In this document: positions 14,101 through 26,244 of the stretch, one piece after another
Numbering within the stretch: the first letter of the stretch is position 1
Layout: each line of letters opens with the position of its first letter
Source: an uncultured Solirubrobacteraceae bacterium
GTDB taxonomy: Bacteria > Actinomycetota > Thermoleophilia > Solirubrobacterales > Solirubrobacteraceae
Direction of reading: 5' to 3'
DNA: 64,000 nucleotides
Assembly (NCBI GenBank): GCA_963758055.1
Contig: CAVWTU010000007.1
Coordinates: 12,503-76,502 of the forward strand
Position numbers and translations under genes: made by a program
The notes under the pieces: generated by a model
Database searches by the model: none
Told to the model about the DNA's origin: nothing
What the model saw: the letters and a program-made list of their open reading frames with translations, nothing else

Positions 14101-15449
14101 GTGACTGAGCATAGAACAATATCGGATCAGTGCGCGGAGCGCCGCCGGGCTCGTCGAGCGAGATCGAAGCGGCGGTGAGCGACGGGTAGGCTGGCAGCCG
14201 GGTGAGCGGCTGCCGTCGGTGCGGGCGGCTGGCGGCCCAGGCGCGGCATCAGCCCCGCGACGGTGGCGGCGGCGCTGGCGGAGCTTCGCCGCCGTGGCCT
14301 GGTCGTGACAGACGGCGCCGCGGCACCCGTGTCGGCCAGGCCCGCGCCCGTCGGCGCGCCGAGCCGCGCCGATGACCGTTCCCGCGGGCGCGCGCGACGT
14401 CTCGCCGCGGCAACCCCGACCCGCGAGCTGCTGCCCGACCTCGTCGCGGCGCTCGCGCGCTGCGCTCCGCCGGTCCGCCTCTACGGCGAGCCGGCCGAGG
14501 TCCTGCCGGCGCTCGAGCGGCTGGCCTTCGAGCAGCTCGGCGGCGTTCGCGAGGACGCAGCGAGCTGTGCGTGGTCAGCGGCGCAATGGACGGGGCTCGA
14601 GCGGGTGCTGCAGGCGAGCCTGCGCCCGGGCGACCGGGTCGCCGTCGAGGACCCCGGCTACGCCGCCCTGTTCGACCTGCTGCGCGCCAGGGACTGAAGC
14701 CTGCAGCCGGTGCCCGTGGACGAGCGCGGGATGCTGCCCGAGGCGCTCGACGGCGGCGATCGCGCGCGGGGCGCGGCGGCCGTGATCATGACCCCCCGCG
14801 GGCAGAACCCGACCGGGGCGGCGCTCGACGGCGAGCGCGCAGCGCGAGCTGCGGCGGTCCTCGACGCGCCACCCGGGCGTGCTGGTGGTCGAGGACGACC
14901 ATCTCGGTCCGGTCGCCGGCAGGGCCCGCTGCACACGCTCGCTCGGCGGCGCGCGCACTGGGCGATCGACGCGCTCGGTCGCCAAGGCGCTCGGTCCCGA
15001 CCTGCGCCTGGCGGTGCTCGGCGGGGACCCGCACGACGATCGCCCGCGTGCGAGGCCGCCAGCAGTGCGGGCCCGGGTGGGTCAGCTACATGCTGCAGGC
15101 GCTCGTGCTCGAGCTGTGGAGCGACCCGGCGGTGCACGGCGCTGATCGAGCGGCTCGGCGAGCCTACAGCGAGCGCCGCGAGGCGGCTGCTCGGCGCCTG
15201 CGCCGAGCGCGGGATCGAGGCCGCAGGCCAGTCGGCCTGAACGTATGGGTGCGGTGCCCGAGGAAGCGGGCGTCATGGGCGGCGCTGCTCCAGCGCGGCT
15301 GGGTCGTGGCGCCGGGGGCGCGCTACCGCCTGGCATCGAGCCTCCCGGCGATCCGGATCACGACGGCCGCGCTCGCCGCCGACGAGAGCGACCGCGCTGG
15401 CGGGGGACCTGGCGGAGGTCCTCTCGCCGGCGCGAGCGAGCCGCACGGG

Positions 15450-15453
<4 letters not shown>
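14101..15453 (+). CDS. MocR/GabR-family regulator (GntR HTH plus PLP aminotransferase domain); heavily frameshifted; start approximate
   Basis: GERLPSVRRLA...SPATVAAALAELRRRGLV HTH; VAVEDPGY, TPRGQNPTG, VVEDDH, RSVAKALGPDLRLA. Confidence 0.8.
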
Positions 15454-16813
<1,360 letters not shown>

Positions 16814-16820
16814 GTGAGCG

Positions 16821-17069
16821 ATGGAGGGCGATCCGCCGGGCGCCGCCAAGGCGCCGATCGACCTGGGGCCGCTGTGCCCGAACTGCGGCGAGCCGTGGCT
16901 GCGTCCGACCAACCTGCCCGGGCGCTACCGCTGCGTCTACTGCCTGCACCGCTTCGAGCTGACGTCGGTGTGCCCCAACTGCGGCGAGCACTCGACGATC
17001 GTGCGGATGTCCTCGACGGCGGTCATGAAGTGCAACAACTGCGGCGACACCATGCTGCAGGCCGTATGA
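16821..17069 (+). CDS. Small hypothetical protein with four CxxC motifs (double zinc ribbon)
   Basis: Intact 82-aa ORF with CPNC, CVYC, CPNC, CNNC; ATGA overlap with rpe. Confidence 0.75.
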   Translation: MEGDPPGAAKAPIDLGPLCPNCGEPWLRPTNLPGRYRCVYCLHRFELTSVCPNCGEHSTIVRMSSTAVMKCNNCGDTMLQAV

Positions 17070-17759
17070 GTCCACGCGCAGAGCTCCGCGACAGCGTCCT
17101 CGTCGCCCCCTCGATCCTGTCGGCGGACTTCGGGCGCCTGCGCGAGCAGGTGCTGGAGGTGCTGGACGGCCGGCGCCCGGGTGATCCACGTCGACGTGAT
17201 GGACGGCCACTTCGTGCCCCCGATCACGGTCGGGCCGACTGATCGTGGGGGCGCTCGCCGGCACCGTCCACGAGGCGGGGGCAATGCTCGATGTCCACCT
17301 GATGATCGAGCGCCCCGAGCGCCACGTGGGCGACTTCGTGTCCGGCGGGCGCGGACTCGCTCACGGTCCACGCCGAGGCGACGCCCCACCTGGCCTACGC
17401 GGTCAACCTGTGCGCGAGGCTGGGAGCCGGTGTCGGGGTGGCGATCAACCCGGCCAGCCCCCGGGCGTACTGGCCGAGCTCGAGGGAGCGCTCGACATCG
17501 TCCTCTGCATGACCGTCAACCCGGGCTGGGGAGGACAGCCGTTCATCGAGCACTCGCTGCAGAAGCTCGCCGCGGCTGCGGGAGGTCGTCGGCGAGGGCG
17601 TGGCGATCGAGGTCGACGGGGGCATCGACCCGCAGACTGGCCCCCGCCTGCGCACGGGCCGGCGCGCGCTTGTTCGTGGCGGGCTCGGCGATCTTTCACA
17701 AGTCCGACCCGGCCGAGGCCTTCCGCGAGCTCGACCGCTCCCTGCAGGACTTCCGCTAG
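17066..17759 (+). CDS. rpe: Ribulose-phosphate 3-epimerase; frameshifted
   Basis: [61 protein letters not shown]. Confidence 0.92.
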
Positions 17760-17784
17760 CAGCGCCCGGTCCGCGCGAACAGGG

Positions 17785-19284
17785 TCAGCCGCGGACGGCC
17801 GTGCCGGAGTCGGGGAGCGCCGCGGGCGGGGCGCCGGCCGGGTCGTCACTGCCCCGGCGGTACAGCACGAACAGGAGCCCGGCCAGCGCGGCGGTTGCGC
17901 CGGCGTAGCCGATCTCGGCGCGCAGCACCTCTTCGCCCACCAGCGGGGCGAGCATCCAGGCGAGGAAGACGCACGCCGCCAGCAGCCAGCAGACGGCGGC
18001 GGCACGCGCGCGGTTGCGTGCCAGGGCCGCCTGGTTCAGCGCGCCCGAGCACAGGTGGAAGCCCATCCCGATCCCGATCAGGGCCAGGCCCCAGCGCCCG
18101 TAGCTGTATTGCTGTCCGAACAGCACGTGCCCGAGCACCCACGGTCCCAGGATCAGCAGTCCCAGGGCCACCGCGCCGGCGAAGGCCGCGATCGCCTTCA
18201 CGGTCGTGCGTACCGCGCGCGCGAACTCGTCGTGACCCGCAGTCGCCTCGAGCCCGGTCAGGTGGGGCAGCAGCGTGGTCTGGACCGCCTGGAAGAGCTG
18301 CAGCGGAGCCCGCGCGATCAGCAGCACGTTGAAGACGATGCCCGCGAGCGCCCGCTGGTGGGAGGTCGCGTCCACCGTCAGGACCCCGCCGTTGAGCAGC
18401 GCCTGCTCGGCCAGCATGATCCCCGACACCCACACGGCGAAAAAGCCGCCCCGGCGCAGCGACAGCTCGTCGTGGGCGGCGGTCTCCTGCACGCCCTCCG
18501 TGCCGGGACCCGCAAACGCCGCGTCGGCCTCGTCCGCCGTCATCACCTCGACCGCCGGGAGCGGAGCCTCCGCGGGGTCCGCGGGGTCCGCGGACGGTCC
18601 CGCCGCGGGCGCCCCGGCGGCGGGCTCGCCCGGGCCGTGCCGATCGTGCAGGAAGGCTGCCGGCACCACCACCAGCGACAGCAGCGGAGCCGCGGCGATT
18701 CCGAGCGCGACGGCGTTCTCGCCGCTGGCCAGGCCGATCGCGACCGCCAGGGCGAAGCAGAAGCGCGACAGCGACTCCATCAGCACCAGCCCGCCGAACA
18801 GGCCGAAGCGCTGGTGGCCGGCCAGCCAGCCCCTGGCGAAGTAGCTGGCGGCATAGGCGAGCGTGCCCACGATCAGCACCACGTACAGCCCCGTGGCGCC
18901 TTCGAAGACGTTGTTGATCAGCTGTTCGTGGAAGATCGCCGCGACCACGGCGAACAGCAACGCGAAGGTGGCCTGGATCAGCATCGGAGCACGCAGCCGG
19001 TGCTGCTCGTGACCGCGGGCCCTGCGCCCCGCGATCGAGCGCGAGAGCAGCTGTTCCACCGGCCGGTAGATCACCGAGATGATCACGAACATCACCGACC
19101 ACAGGACGTCGATCCGCTTGGCCTGCGCGCTGTCCAGCACGTGACTGGCGACCGAGAAGTAGGCGAACGTGAGCAGCCCGGTGGAGGCGATCCCGATCGC
19201 CAGGATGCGTGCGCCGCTGGCGTAGGAGGGGCGCGCCTGCCGGGGAGCGCCCGTGGACGAGGACGCGGTCCTAGAGGCGGACAA
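17785..19284 (-). CDS. Polysaccharide flippase/exporter-like membrane protein (MOP superfamily)
   Basis: About 12 hydrophobic segments in two halves separated by a Pro/Ala/acidic linker; co-oriented with GT2 and methyltransferase genes. Confidence 0.65.
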   Translation of the reverse strand: MSASRTASSSTGAPRQARPSYASGARILAIGIASTGLLTFAYFSVASHVLDSAQAKRIDVLWSVMFVIISVIYRPVEQLLSRSIAGRRARGHEQHRLRAPMLIQATFALLFAVVAAIFHEQLINNVFEGATGLYVVLIVGTLAYAASYFARGWLAGHQRFGLFGGLVLMESLSRFCFALAVAIGLASGENAVALGIAAAPLLSLVVVPAAFLHDRHGPGEPAAGAPAAGPSADPADPAEAPLPAVEVMTADEADAAFAGPGTEGVQETAAHDELSLRRGGFFAVWVSGIMLAEQALLNGGVLTVDATSHQRALAGIVFNVLLIARAPLQLFQAVQTTLLPHLTGLEATAGHDEFARAVRTTVKAIAAFAGAVALGLLILGPWVLGHVLFGQQYSYGRWGLALIGIGMGFHLCSGALNQAALARNRARAAAVCWLLAACVFLAWMLAPLVGEEVLRAEIGYAGATAALAGLLFVLYRRGSDDPAGAPPAALPDSGTAVRG

Positions 19285-19894
19285 GCACCATCGTCCAGGG
19301 GAACGGCGAGCGCATCTCCACGACCTCGCCGACGCCGGACAGCAGCGCGCGCAGGGAGCGCGCCGACCAGTGGTTGAGGTGTCCCGGGGTGTTGCCCCAC
19401 GACGACCAGTAGGCGCCCCGCGCCATGTTCAGCATCCGCCACATCGGCTCCCGGGGGACCGACACGAGCAGGTGGCTGCGCGCGCAGCGGGCCATTTCGG
19501 ACAGCATCCGCTCGGGATCCGGGATGTGCTCGAGCACCTCCATCGCGCTCGCCAGCTCAAACTCCTGGTCGGCGAACGGGAGCTCCGGGCCGTCCACGAC
19601 CCGGTACTCGAGGTTGGGCGCCGTGTGCTCGGACCAGCCCGCCTGGATGGAGGCCTCCTCGAGGTCGATTCCGACCAGTCGCGCGGCCGGCAGCCGCTGG
19701 GCCCAGCGCTGGGCCAGCACGCCCTCGCCGCAGCCGACGTCGAGCACCGAGCCGGGGGCGGCCAGACCCAGCAGCTCTTCCGCATTGCGCTCGAAGGCGC
19801 CCATCATGCGCCGCACGAACGGGTTCGAGCTGCCGTACTTGTCGAACGTGTTGCCGGTGACGACCCCGTCACTGGAGACGGTGACGCCGCTCAC
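19271..19894 (-). CDS. Class I SAM-dependent methyltransferase
   Basis: VLDVGCGEG, LPFADQEFE, EVLEHIPDP, LLVSVPREP. Confidence 0.85.
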   Translation of the reverse strand: MSGVTVSSDGVVTGNTFDKYGSSNPFVRRMMGAFERNAEELLGLAAPGSVLDVGCGEGVLAQRWAQRLPAARLVGIDLEEASIQAGWSEHTAPNLEYRVVDGPELPFADQEFELASAMEVLEHIPDPERMLSEMARCARSHLLVSVPREPMWRMLNMARGAYWSSWGNTPGHLNHWSARSLRALLSGVGEVVEMRSPFPWTMVLVRL

Positions 19895-20976
19895 AGTCTC
19901 ACCGGCCTGCCGCCGCGCTCGGCCGCCAGGGGCTCCTCGGGGCGCTCCTTCAGCGCGCCCGGCTCACCGGCGGGTGCGGGCCCGGCGGCTTCCGGGCCGC
20001 CCGGCACGGTGCGTTCGTAATGGGTGGGCTCGATCGCCAGCGCCAGCTCGATCCGGCGGATGCGCTCGAAGCTGCGCTGGGTCATCACGCGCTGGGCCGC
20101 CAGCAGGTCGCCGATCACGCCCAGCGCCCACAGCACGACGGCCGCGATGAACAGCACCGCCCCCAGGATCAGCGACTGCACGTGGCCCTTGCCGTTGCCG
20201 TCCACATAGGCGACGGCGAAGCGGATCCACACCGCCACCGCCGCCAGCCCCATCAGCAGCGACAGGCTCCAGAACACCCGCAGTGGCTCGTACTGGGCGT
20301 AGATGCGGAAGATCGAGATCGCGTTGCGGCGCACGTAGGCGCCCATCGACGGGAACAGCCGCGACTCGCGCGTCTTCGGGTTGGTGCGCACGGGGACGTG
20401 ATCGACGGCGACCAGCAGCTTGCCCGCCTGGATGATCGTCTCCAGCGTGTAGGTGAAGCGCGAGACGACCATCATCTGGATCGCGGCATCGCGGTTGTAG
20501 GCGCGGAAGCCGGAGGTGGTGTCGGGGACCGAAGTCGAGGAGGCCTGGCGCACGACCCACGAGCCGAGCCGCTGCAGCAGCTTCTTGACGGCCGAGAAAT
20601 GTTCGATCTCGGCGACCTGGCGGTCGCCCACGACCATGTCCGCGCGGCCCTCCAGGATCGGCTGGACGAGCTTGGGGATGTCGGCGCCGCAGTACTGGTT
20701 GTCGGCGTCGGTGTTGACGATCACGTCGGCCCCCAGCTTCAGCGCGGTGTCGATGCCGGCCTGGAAGGCGGCCGCCAGCCCCTTGTTGTTGGTCAGGCGC
20801 ACGAGGTGCTCCACGCCGTGGGACCGGGCGACCTCGACCGTGTCGTCGCTGGAGCCGTCGTCGATGACGAGCCACTCGACCTCGTCGAAGCCCGCAACCG
20901 CGCGTGGGAGGTCGGCGAGCGTCTGGGGAAGCTGCTCGGCCTCGTTGAAGCAGGGAATCTGGATGATCAGCTTCAT
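19891..20976 (-). CDS. Family 2 glycosyltransferase (polyprenol-phosphate sugar synthase-like, two C-terminal TM helices)
   Basis: MKLIIQIPCFNE, VIDDGSSD, NKGLAAAF, VNTDADNQY, DTTSGFRAY; hydrophobic C-terminus. Confidence 0.88.
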   Translation of the reverse strand: MKLIIQIPCFNEAEQLPQTLADLPRAVAGFDEVEWLVIDDGSSDDTVEVARSHGVEHLVRLTNNKGLAAAFQAGIDTALKLGADVIVNTDADNQYCGADIPKLVQPILEGRADMVVGDRQVAEIEHFSAVKKLLQRLGSWVVRQASSTSVPDTTSGFRAYNRDAAIQMMVVSRFTYTLETIIQAGKLLVAVDHVPVRTNPKTRESRLFPSMGAYVRRNAISIFRIYAQYEPLRVFWSLSLLMGLAAVAVWIRFAVAYVDGNGKGHVQSLILGAVLFIAAVVLWALGVIGDLLAAQRVMTQRSFERIRRIELALAIEPTHYERTVPGGPEAAGPAPAGEPGALKERPEEPLAAERGGRPVRL

Positions 20977-21084
20977 CGCTCGGGCGATTTGCCTAGACTT
21001 GCCCGCACGCAGTATCCCAAAGCGCAGGACGTGGTCTTCGCGCTTCGTCACCGCGCCGCCGCCCGCGGGTGCGGGTGAGGCCAC

Positions 21085-22635
21085 ATGGAGAGCGCGACGC
21101 CCACCCGGGTCCGCCCGGGCCCGACCAGTCCGGCTGCGCTGCGCGCAGGACTGCTCTCGTCCCCCGCCAGGATCGCCTTCGCGCTGCTGTGCGTGGCCGC
21201 CCTGGTCGGCTACCTGGCGTTCCCCACCTACCCGACCTACGACTCCTTCTACGCGCTGCTGTGGGGGCGCGACCTGCTGCACGCGCACCTGCCGGACCTG
21301 CAGGTCTACCGCGCTCCCACCGAGCATCCGCTGGCGATCGCCTTCGGGATGCTGTGCTCGATCTTCGGCCAGGGCGGCGCGCGCCTGATGGTGCTCGGCT
21401 CGATCGTGTCGTTCGTGGCCGCCGTGGCGGGGATCTACCGGGTCGGGCGGTTGTCCTTCGGCCCGCTCGTGGGAGCCGTCGCCGCGCTGCTGCTGCTGAG
21501 TCGTTTCTTCGTCGAGAACCTGGCCGCGCAGGGCTATCTCGACATCTCCTACCTGGCCCTGATCCTGTGGGCGCTGGCGTTGGAGCTCGAACGCCGCCGC
21601 CGCGGCCCGGCCGTGTTCGCGCTGCTGGCGGCCGCCGGGCTGCTGCGCCCCGACGCCTGGGTCCTCAGCGGCGTGTACTGGCTGTGGTGCTGCTGGCCCG
21701 GGCTGCGCCCTGCGGCCTCGGTTCCGCGAGCGCCGAGCCCGCGGCGGATGCTCGCCTACCTCGGACTGGCCGCGATCGCGCCGCTGGTGTGGTTTGCCTT
21801 CGACGGGATCGTCACCGGCAACCCGCTGTACTCGCTGACCGCGACGGCCGGGCTGGCCCAGGAACTCGAACGCACGCAGGGGTTCACGTCGGTGCTGGGG
21901 TCGGTCTGGAGCTACAGCGTGCGGATCGACCACCTGCCGGTCGTGCTGGGAGCCATCGCCGGTGTGGGGCTGGCGCTCGTGCTGGCACCGCGGCGGGCGC
22001 TGGTGCCGCTGGCCGCGCTGGTGCTGCTGTACGGGGTGTACATCCTCGAGGGCGCCGGCGGGGCGTCGGTGATCGACCGCTACCTGACCGGCGCGGCCAC
22101 GCTCGCACTGCTGTTCTGCGCGGTCGCGGTCGGCGGCTGGTGGATGCTCGAGCCCGGCAGCACCCTGCGCCGCGGCTGGATCGCCTTCGCGGTCGTGCTG
22201 GTGGCATACGGGGCGGCCTCGGCGGCGAACACGATCAGCCTCACGAGCCTGCGCACCACGCTGGCCGAGCACGAGGACTTCCACCAGGGGCTCGCGGTGG
22301 CGCTGCACAACCCGCGCGTGGCGGGCGCGCTGCGGCGCTGCCCGCTGCTGTCGCTACCCAACAACAAGCTGATCCCCGACGCGCGCTGGATCCTCGACAG
22401 CGTCGGGCAGCACGACATCGTCGCCCGCAGCCAGGCCCGCAGCGACGCCGACCGCGGTTCGAGTGAGCTCGCCCAACGCCTGAAGCGGGGCAGCGTGGCG
22501 GTCTACCCGCTCGGCAGTGCGGTGTTCTCGGAGGCGATCGTGGACGTCGGCGACGATCCGCTGGACCAGGTGCCCCCGAAGGACTTCCGGCGCATCTACA
22601 CAAGCCGCTACTACGCCGTCTATGCCAACTGCTGA
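21085..22635 (+). CDS. Polytopic membrane protein, probable GT-C-fold glycosyltransferase
   Basis: Many TM segments; PTYDSFYALLWG after TM1, HPL, LLRPDAW, TGNPLY, DRYL patterns resembling GT-C enzymes. Confidence 0.6.
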   Translation: MESATPTRVRPGPTSPAALRAGLLSSPARIAFALLCVAALVGYLAFPTYPTYDSFYALLWGRDLLHAHLPDLQVYRAPTEHPLAIAFGMLCSIFGQGGARLMVLGSIVSFVAAVAGIYRVGRLSFGPLVGAVAALLLLSRFFVENLAAQGYLDISYLALILWALALELERRRRGPAVFALLAAAGLLRPDAWVLSGVYWLWCCWPGLRPAASVPRAPSPRRMLAYLGLAAIAPLVWFAFDGIVTGNPLYSLTATAGLAQELERTQGFTSVLGSVWSYSVRIDHLPVVLGAIAGVGLALVLAPRRALVPLAALVLLYGVYILEGAGGASVIDRYLTGAATLALLFCAVAVGGWWMLEPGSTLRRGWIAFAVVLVAYGAASAANTISLTSLRTTLAEHEDFHQGLAVALHNPRVAGALRRCPLLSLPNNKLIPDARWILDSVGQHDIVARSQARSDADRGSSELAQRLKRGSVAVYPLGSAVFSEAIVDVGDDPLDQVPPKDFRRIYTSRYYAVYANC

Positions 22636-24478
22636 GCCCGCGCCGGCCGGCGCCGGAGCAGGCGGGGGCGCGGGGGCCGGCGGGGGCGCCGGAGCCGCCG
22701 CCGGGGCCGGGCCCGCCGCCGCAGCCGTCGATGCCGTTGGGAGGCGGGCGCGGCGCGTGACGAGGGGCCGCCTGGCGGCGTGGGGCGCGTTGGCGGTCGT
22801 GCTCGCGGGGGGTCTCGCCCTGCGCCTGTGGGGCTACCGCTCGGGGCTGCCGTTCGTCTACAACATCGACGAAGCCGACCACTTCGTCCCGCACGCGGTG
22901 AAGATGTTCAGCGAAGGCACGCTGAACCCGCACTACTTCGCCAACCCGCCGGCGTTCACGTACCTGCTGCACTTCCTGTTCGCGATCGCCTACGGGGGCG
23001 GCGACGGGGTCGTCAGCCGCTTTCACCGCGACCCGGCGGCCCTCTATGAACTGAGCAGGATCGCGGCCGCGGTGCTGGGGACGATCGCGCTGTGGCTGCT
23101 CTATCTCGTTGGTGCGCGGCTGCTCGGACGGGCCGCCGGCGTGCTCGCGGCGGCGATCGAGGCGGTGGCCTTCCTGCCGAGCTTCTACGCCCACCTGGCC
23201 CTCAACGACGTCCCCACGCTCGCGCCCCTGACCGCCTCGCTGCTGGGGACCGCGGGAGTGCTTCGCAAAGGCAGGGTCCGCGACTACCTGCTCGCCGGCG
23301 CCGGTCTCGGGCTGGCGTGCGCGACCAAGTACACCGCCGGGATCGTGCTCGTGCCGCTGCTGGCCGCCGCCGCCCTGCGCCTGCGCGGAGGAGACCGGGA
23401 CTCCTGGCGGCGTGTGCTCGTGAGCGTCGTGGCCGCTGCCCTGGCGGCGCTGGCGTTGTTCGTGATCGCCAACCCCTACTCGGTGCTCGACGCCCACGCC
23501 TTCCACGCCGAACTGGTGCGCCAGTCCAGCCAGTCGGCCGAATCGCAGGGCAAGCTCGGAGCCCCTCGGGAAGGGGGCGTCGTGTACTACCTGTGGAGCC
23601 TCACCTGGGGGCTGGGGTGGGTGCCCGCCCTGGCGGCGCTCGCCGGGATGGTGCTGGTGTGGTGGCGCGAGCGAGCGCTCGGCTGGGTGCTCGTGCCGGC
23701 ACCGCTGCTGTTCCTCGCCTTCATGGGGCTGCAGGGCCGCTACTTCGGTCGCTGGCTGCTGCCGATCTTCCCGCTCGCGTGCCTGCTGGCGGCCGTCACG
23801 GTGGTGATGCTGGTGGGGGCGCTGGGCGGCCGCGGGCGGGCCGTGCGCTGGCTCGCTGCCGCCGTGCTCGGCGCCGGCCTGCTGGCGCAGGGCCTGGTAC
23901 ACAGCCTGCACTCCGGTGCGCTGAACGCGCGCGCCGACACCCGCAACGTCACGCGTCTGTGGATGCTCGCCCACATCCCCCGCAACTCGCGGATCGTGGT
24001 CGAGCCGGTCTCACCCAACGCCTGGGCGGATGAACTGCAGGGCTCGCGGGCGGGCCCCCGGCGCTGGAACAAGTACCCCTCGTTGGTGTCGCGCATCGAC
24101 GCCCGCGGCACGCTCTCCAAGCACACCCACGAGGTCGGGATCGAGAGCTACGAGACCACGCTGTCGCCGTCGCTGATCGCCTACTACGTGGCGAACCACT
24201 ACTGCTGGGTGATCAGCGGCTCGACCCAATCCGGGCGCGCCTTCGCGGACCCGCGCATGGTGCCGCGGGCGATCGCCTACTACCGGGCGCTGGCACGAGA
24301 CGGCGAAGTCGTGTTCCGCGCCTCCCCCTACGGTGCCGGCGCGCGGCCGGTCAAGTTCGACTTCGACCTGAGCTTCGACTACTACCCGCTGGCCTACCAC
24401 CGGCCGGGCCCGGTGATGACCGTCTACCGCCTGCACGGCGGGCGCTGCGGCTCCGGACCGCGGCCGGCGCGCACCTAG
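22622..24478 (+). CDS. GT-C glycosyltransferase (PMT/ArnT-like, GT39/GT83 type)
   Basis: LALRLWG...YNIDEAD (DE motif after TM1), YFANPP, NDVP, GLACATKYTAG, NPY, RWLLP; Gly/Ala-rich N-terminus. Confidence 0.78.
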   Translation: MPTAEPAPAGAGAGGGAGAGGGAGAAAGAGPAAAAVDAVGRRARRVTRGRLAAWGALAVVLAGGLALRLWGYRSGLPFVYNIDEADHFVPHAVKMFSEGTLNPHYFANPPAFTYLLHFLFAIAYGGGDGVVSRFHRDPAALYELSRIAAAVLGTIALWLLYLVGARLLGRAAGVLAAAIEAVAFLPSFYAHLALNDVPTLAPLTASLLGTAGVLRKGRVRDYLLAGAGLGLACATKYTAGIVLVPLLAAAALRLRGGDRDSWRRVLVSVVAAALAALALFVIANPYSVLDAHAFHAELVRQSSQSAESQGKLGAPREGGVVYYLWSLTWGLGWVPALAALAGMVLVWWRERALGWVLVPAPLLFLAFMGLQGRYFGRWLLPIFPLACLLAAVTVVMLVGALGGRGRAVRWLAAAVLGAGLLAQGLVHSLHSGALNARADTRNVTRLWMLAHIPRNSRIVVEPVSPNAWADELQGSRAGPRRWNKYPSLVSRIDARGTLSKHTHEVGIESYETTLSPSLIAYYVANHYCWVISGSTQSGRAFADPRMVPRAIAYYRALARDGEVVFRASPYGAGARPVKFDFDLSFDYYPLAYHRPGPVMTVYRLHGGRCGSGPRPART

Positions 24479-24489
24479 GGTTATCCTCG

Positions 24490-25630
24490 ATGCAGATGCC
24501 GAGCTGTACCGATACCGACAAGATCTTCCTGTCACGTGCGATCGAGCTCGCCGGCAAGGGCGTCGGCGCCGTCAAGCCCAACCCGGTGGTCGGGGCGGTG
24601 GTGGTGCGCGACGGTGAGGTGCTCGGCGAGGGCTGGCATCAGGAATACGGTGGCCTGCACGCGGAGGTCAACGCGATCGAGGCGTGCGGCATGGCCGACC
24701 TCGCGACCGCCACCCTGTACGTCTCGCTGGAGCCGTGCTGCCACGACGGCAAGACGCCCCCCTGCACCGAGGCGATCCTGCAGGCCGGGATCCGCCGCGT
24801 CGTGGTCGCCTCCGACGACCCCACCGAGAAGGCGTCCGGGCGCGGCCTGGGGATCCTGCGCGACGAGGGCGTCGAGGTCGTGGTCGCCGACGGAGAGCTG
24901 GCCGCCAGCGCGCGGCTGCTCAACCAGGCCTTCCGCAAGCACGCCCGCGTCGGGCGCCCGTGGGTGCTGTTCAAGTCGGCGATGACGCTGGACGGCAAGG
25001 TCGCCACCCGCAGCGGCGACTCGAAGTGGATCAGCGGCGAGCAGAGCCGTCTGCTGGCCCACCGCTGGCGTGCCTCGGTGGATGCGGTGGTCGTGGGCAT
25101 CGGCACCGCCCTGGCCGACGACCCGCAGCTGACCGCCCGCCCCGACGGCCTGGAGGCAGAGGCCGCGCTGCAGCCCCGCCGGGTGGTGTTCGACTCGCTC
25201 GCGCGGCTGTCGCCGGCGTCGCAGCTGGTGACCGCCGCCGACACGGTGCCGCTCACCGTCGTGGTCTCCCGCGCCGCCGCTCGCTCGGAGACCGACGCGC
25301 TGGAAGCGGCCGGGGCGCAGGTGCTGGTGGCGACGGGCGAGAACGAGCCCGCGCGTGTGCGCGCGGCGCTCGAGCAGCTGGGAGGCCAGGGCATCAGCTC
25401 GGTGCTGCTCGAGGGCGGCCCGCACCTCGCCGGGGCGTTCCTGGACGCCGGCGAGATCGACGAAATCCGGCTGTTCCTGGCGCCGCTGCTGCTGGGCGGC
25501 AGCTCGGCGCGGGACCCCCTCGAGGGCGAAGGGGTGGAGCGGATCGCCGAGGCCGTGCGCGCCGCTGGCCTTCGACTGGGAGAACGTCGGCGGGGACCTG
25601 CTGATATCCGCGCGGCTGCGCGAGTGGTGA
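24490..25630 (+). CDS. ribD: Riboflavin biosynthesis deaminase/reductase RibD; frameshift near the 3' end
   Basis: [55 protein letters not shown]. Confidence 0.95.
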
Positions 25631-25652
25631 CGCGCGCCGGGGCCGAGGGGCG

Positions 25653-26244
25653 ATGTTCACGGGACTGGTGAGCGAGCTGGGCGTGGTGTCGGGCATCGAG
25701 CGCGACCAGCAGGGCCTGACCCTGCGCGTGTCGGCGCGCCCTGTCCGGAGACCTGCGGGAGGGCGACTCGGTGGCCGTCAACGGCGTCTGCCTGACGGCC
25801 GTCGAGCCAACCTCCGAGAGCTTCGCCGCGCAGGCGATGCTCGAGACGCTGCAGCGCAGCGCCCTGGCCTCGCTCCAGGCCGGATCGCGGGTCAACCTCG
25901 AGCTGCCGCTGCGGGCCGGCGACCGGCTCGGCGGACACGTGGTGCAGGGCCACGTCGACGGCACGGCGAGCGTCCGCGCGGTGCGCCAGGAGGGCTTCTC
26001 GCGCGTGCTGGAGCTCGAGTTCCCGGCGGCGCTGCTGCGCTACGTGGTGCTGAAGGGCTCGGTGGCGCTCGACGGCGTCAGCCTCACCGTCAGCGCACTG
26101 GAGGACGACGGCTTGGAGGTCTCGCTGATCCCCGAGACGCTCGAGCGGACCAAGCTCGGCGAGGCCCGCGAGGGCGATCTCGTGAACGTCGAGGTGGACG
26201 TGCTCGCCAAGCACGTCGAGCGGCTGGTGGCGGTGCGGGCGTGA
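25653..26244 (+). CDS. ribE: Riboflavin synthase (alpha chain); one frameshift
   Basis: [22 protein letters not shown]...[29 protein letters not shown]. Confidence 0.94.

Noticed and set aside
17245-19377. Long antisense and alternate-frame ORFs (for example 17245-19377 +, 28143-30476 -, 43503-45731 -)
   Set aside because: Shadow ORFs expected at very high GC; they overlap well-supported genes and show no motifs
22635-22730. GGC/GCC-rich repeats at the start of the GT-C gene and the 9-bp repeats near 18569-18593
   Set aside because: Low-complexity Gly/Ala or Pro/Ala/Asp linker coding, not a separate element
24479-24495. FMN riboswitch before the rib operon (also SAM before metK, TPP before thiD)
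   Set aside because: The gaps are only about 11-17 nt, leaving no room for an aptamer
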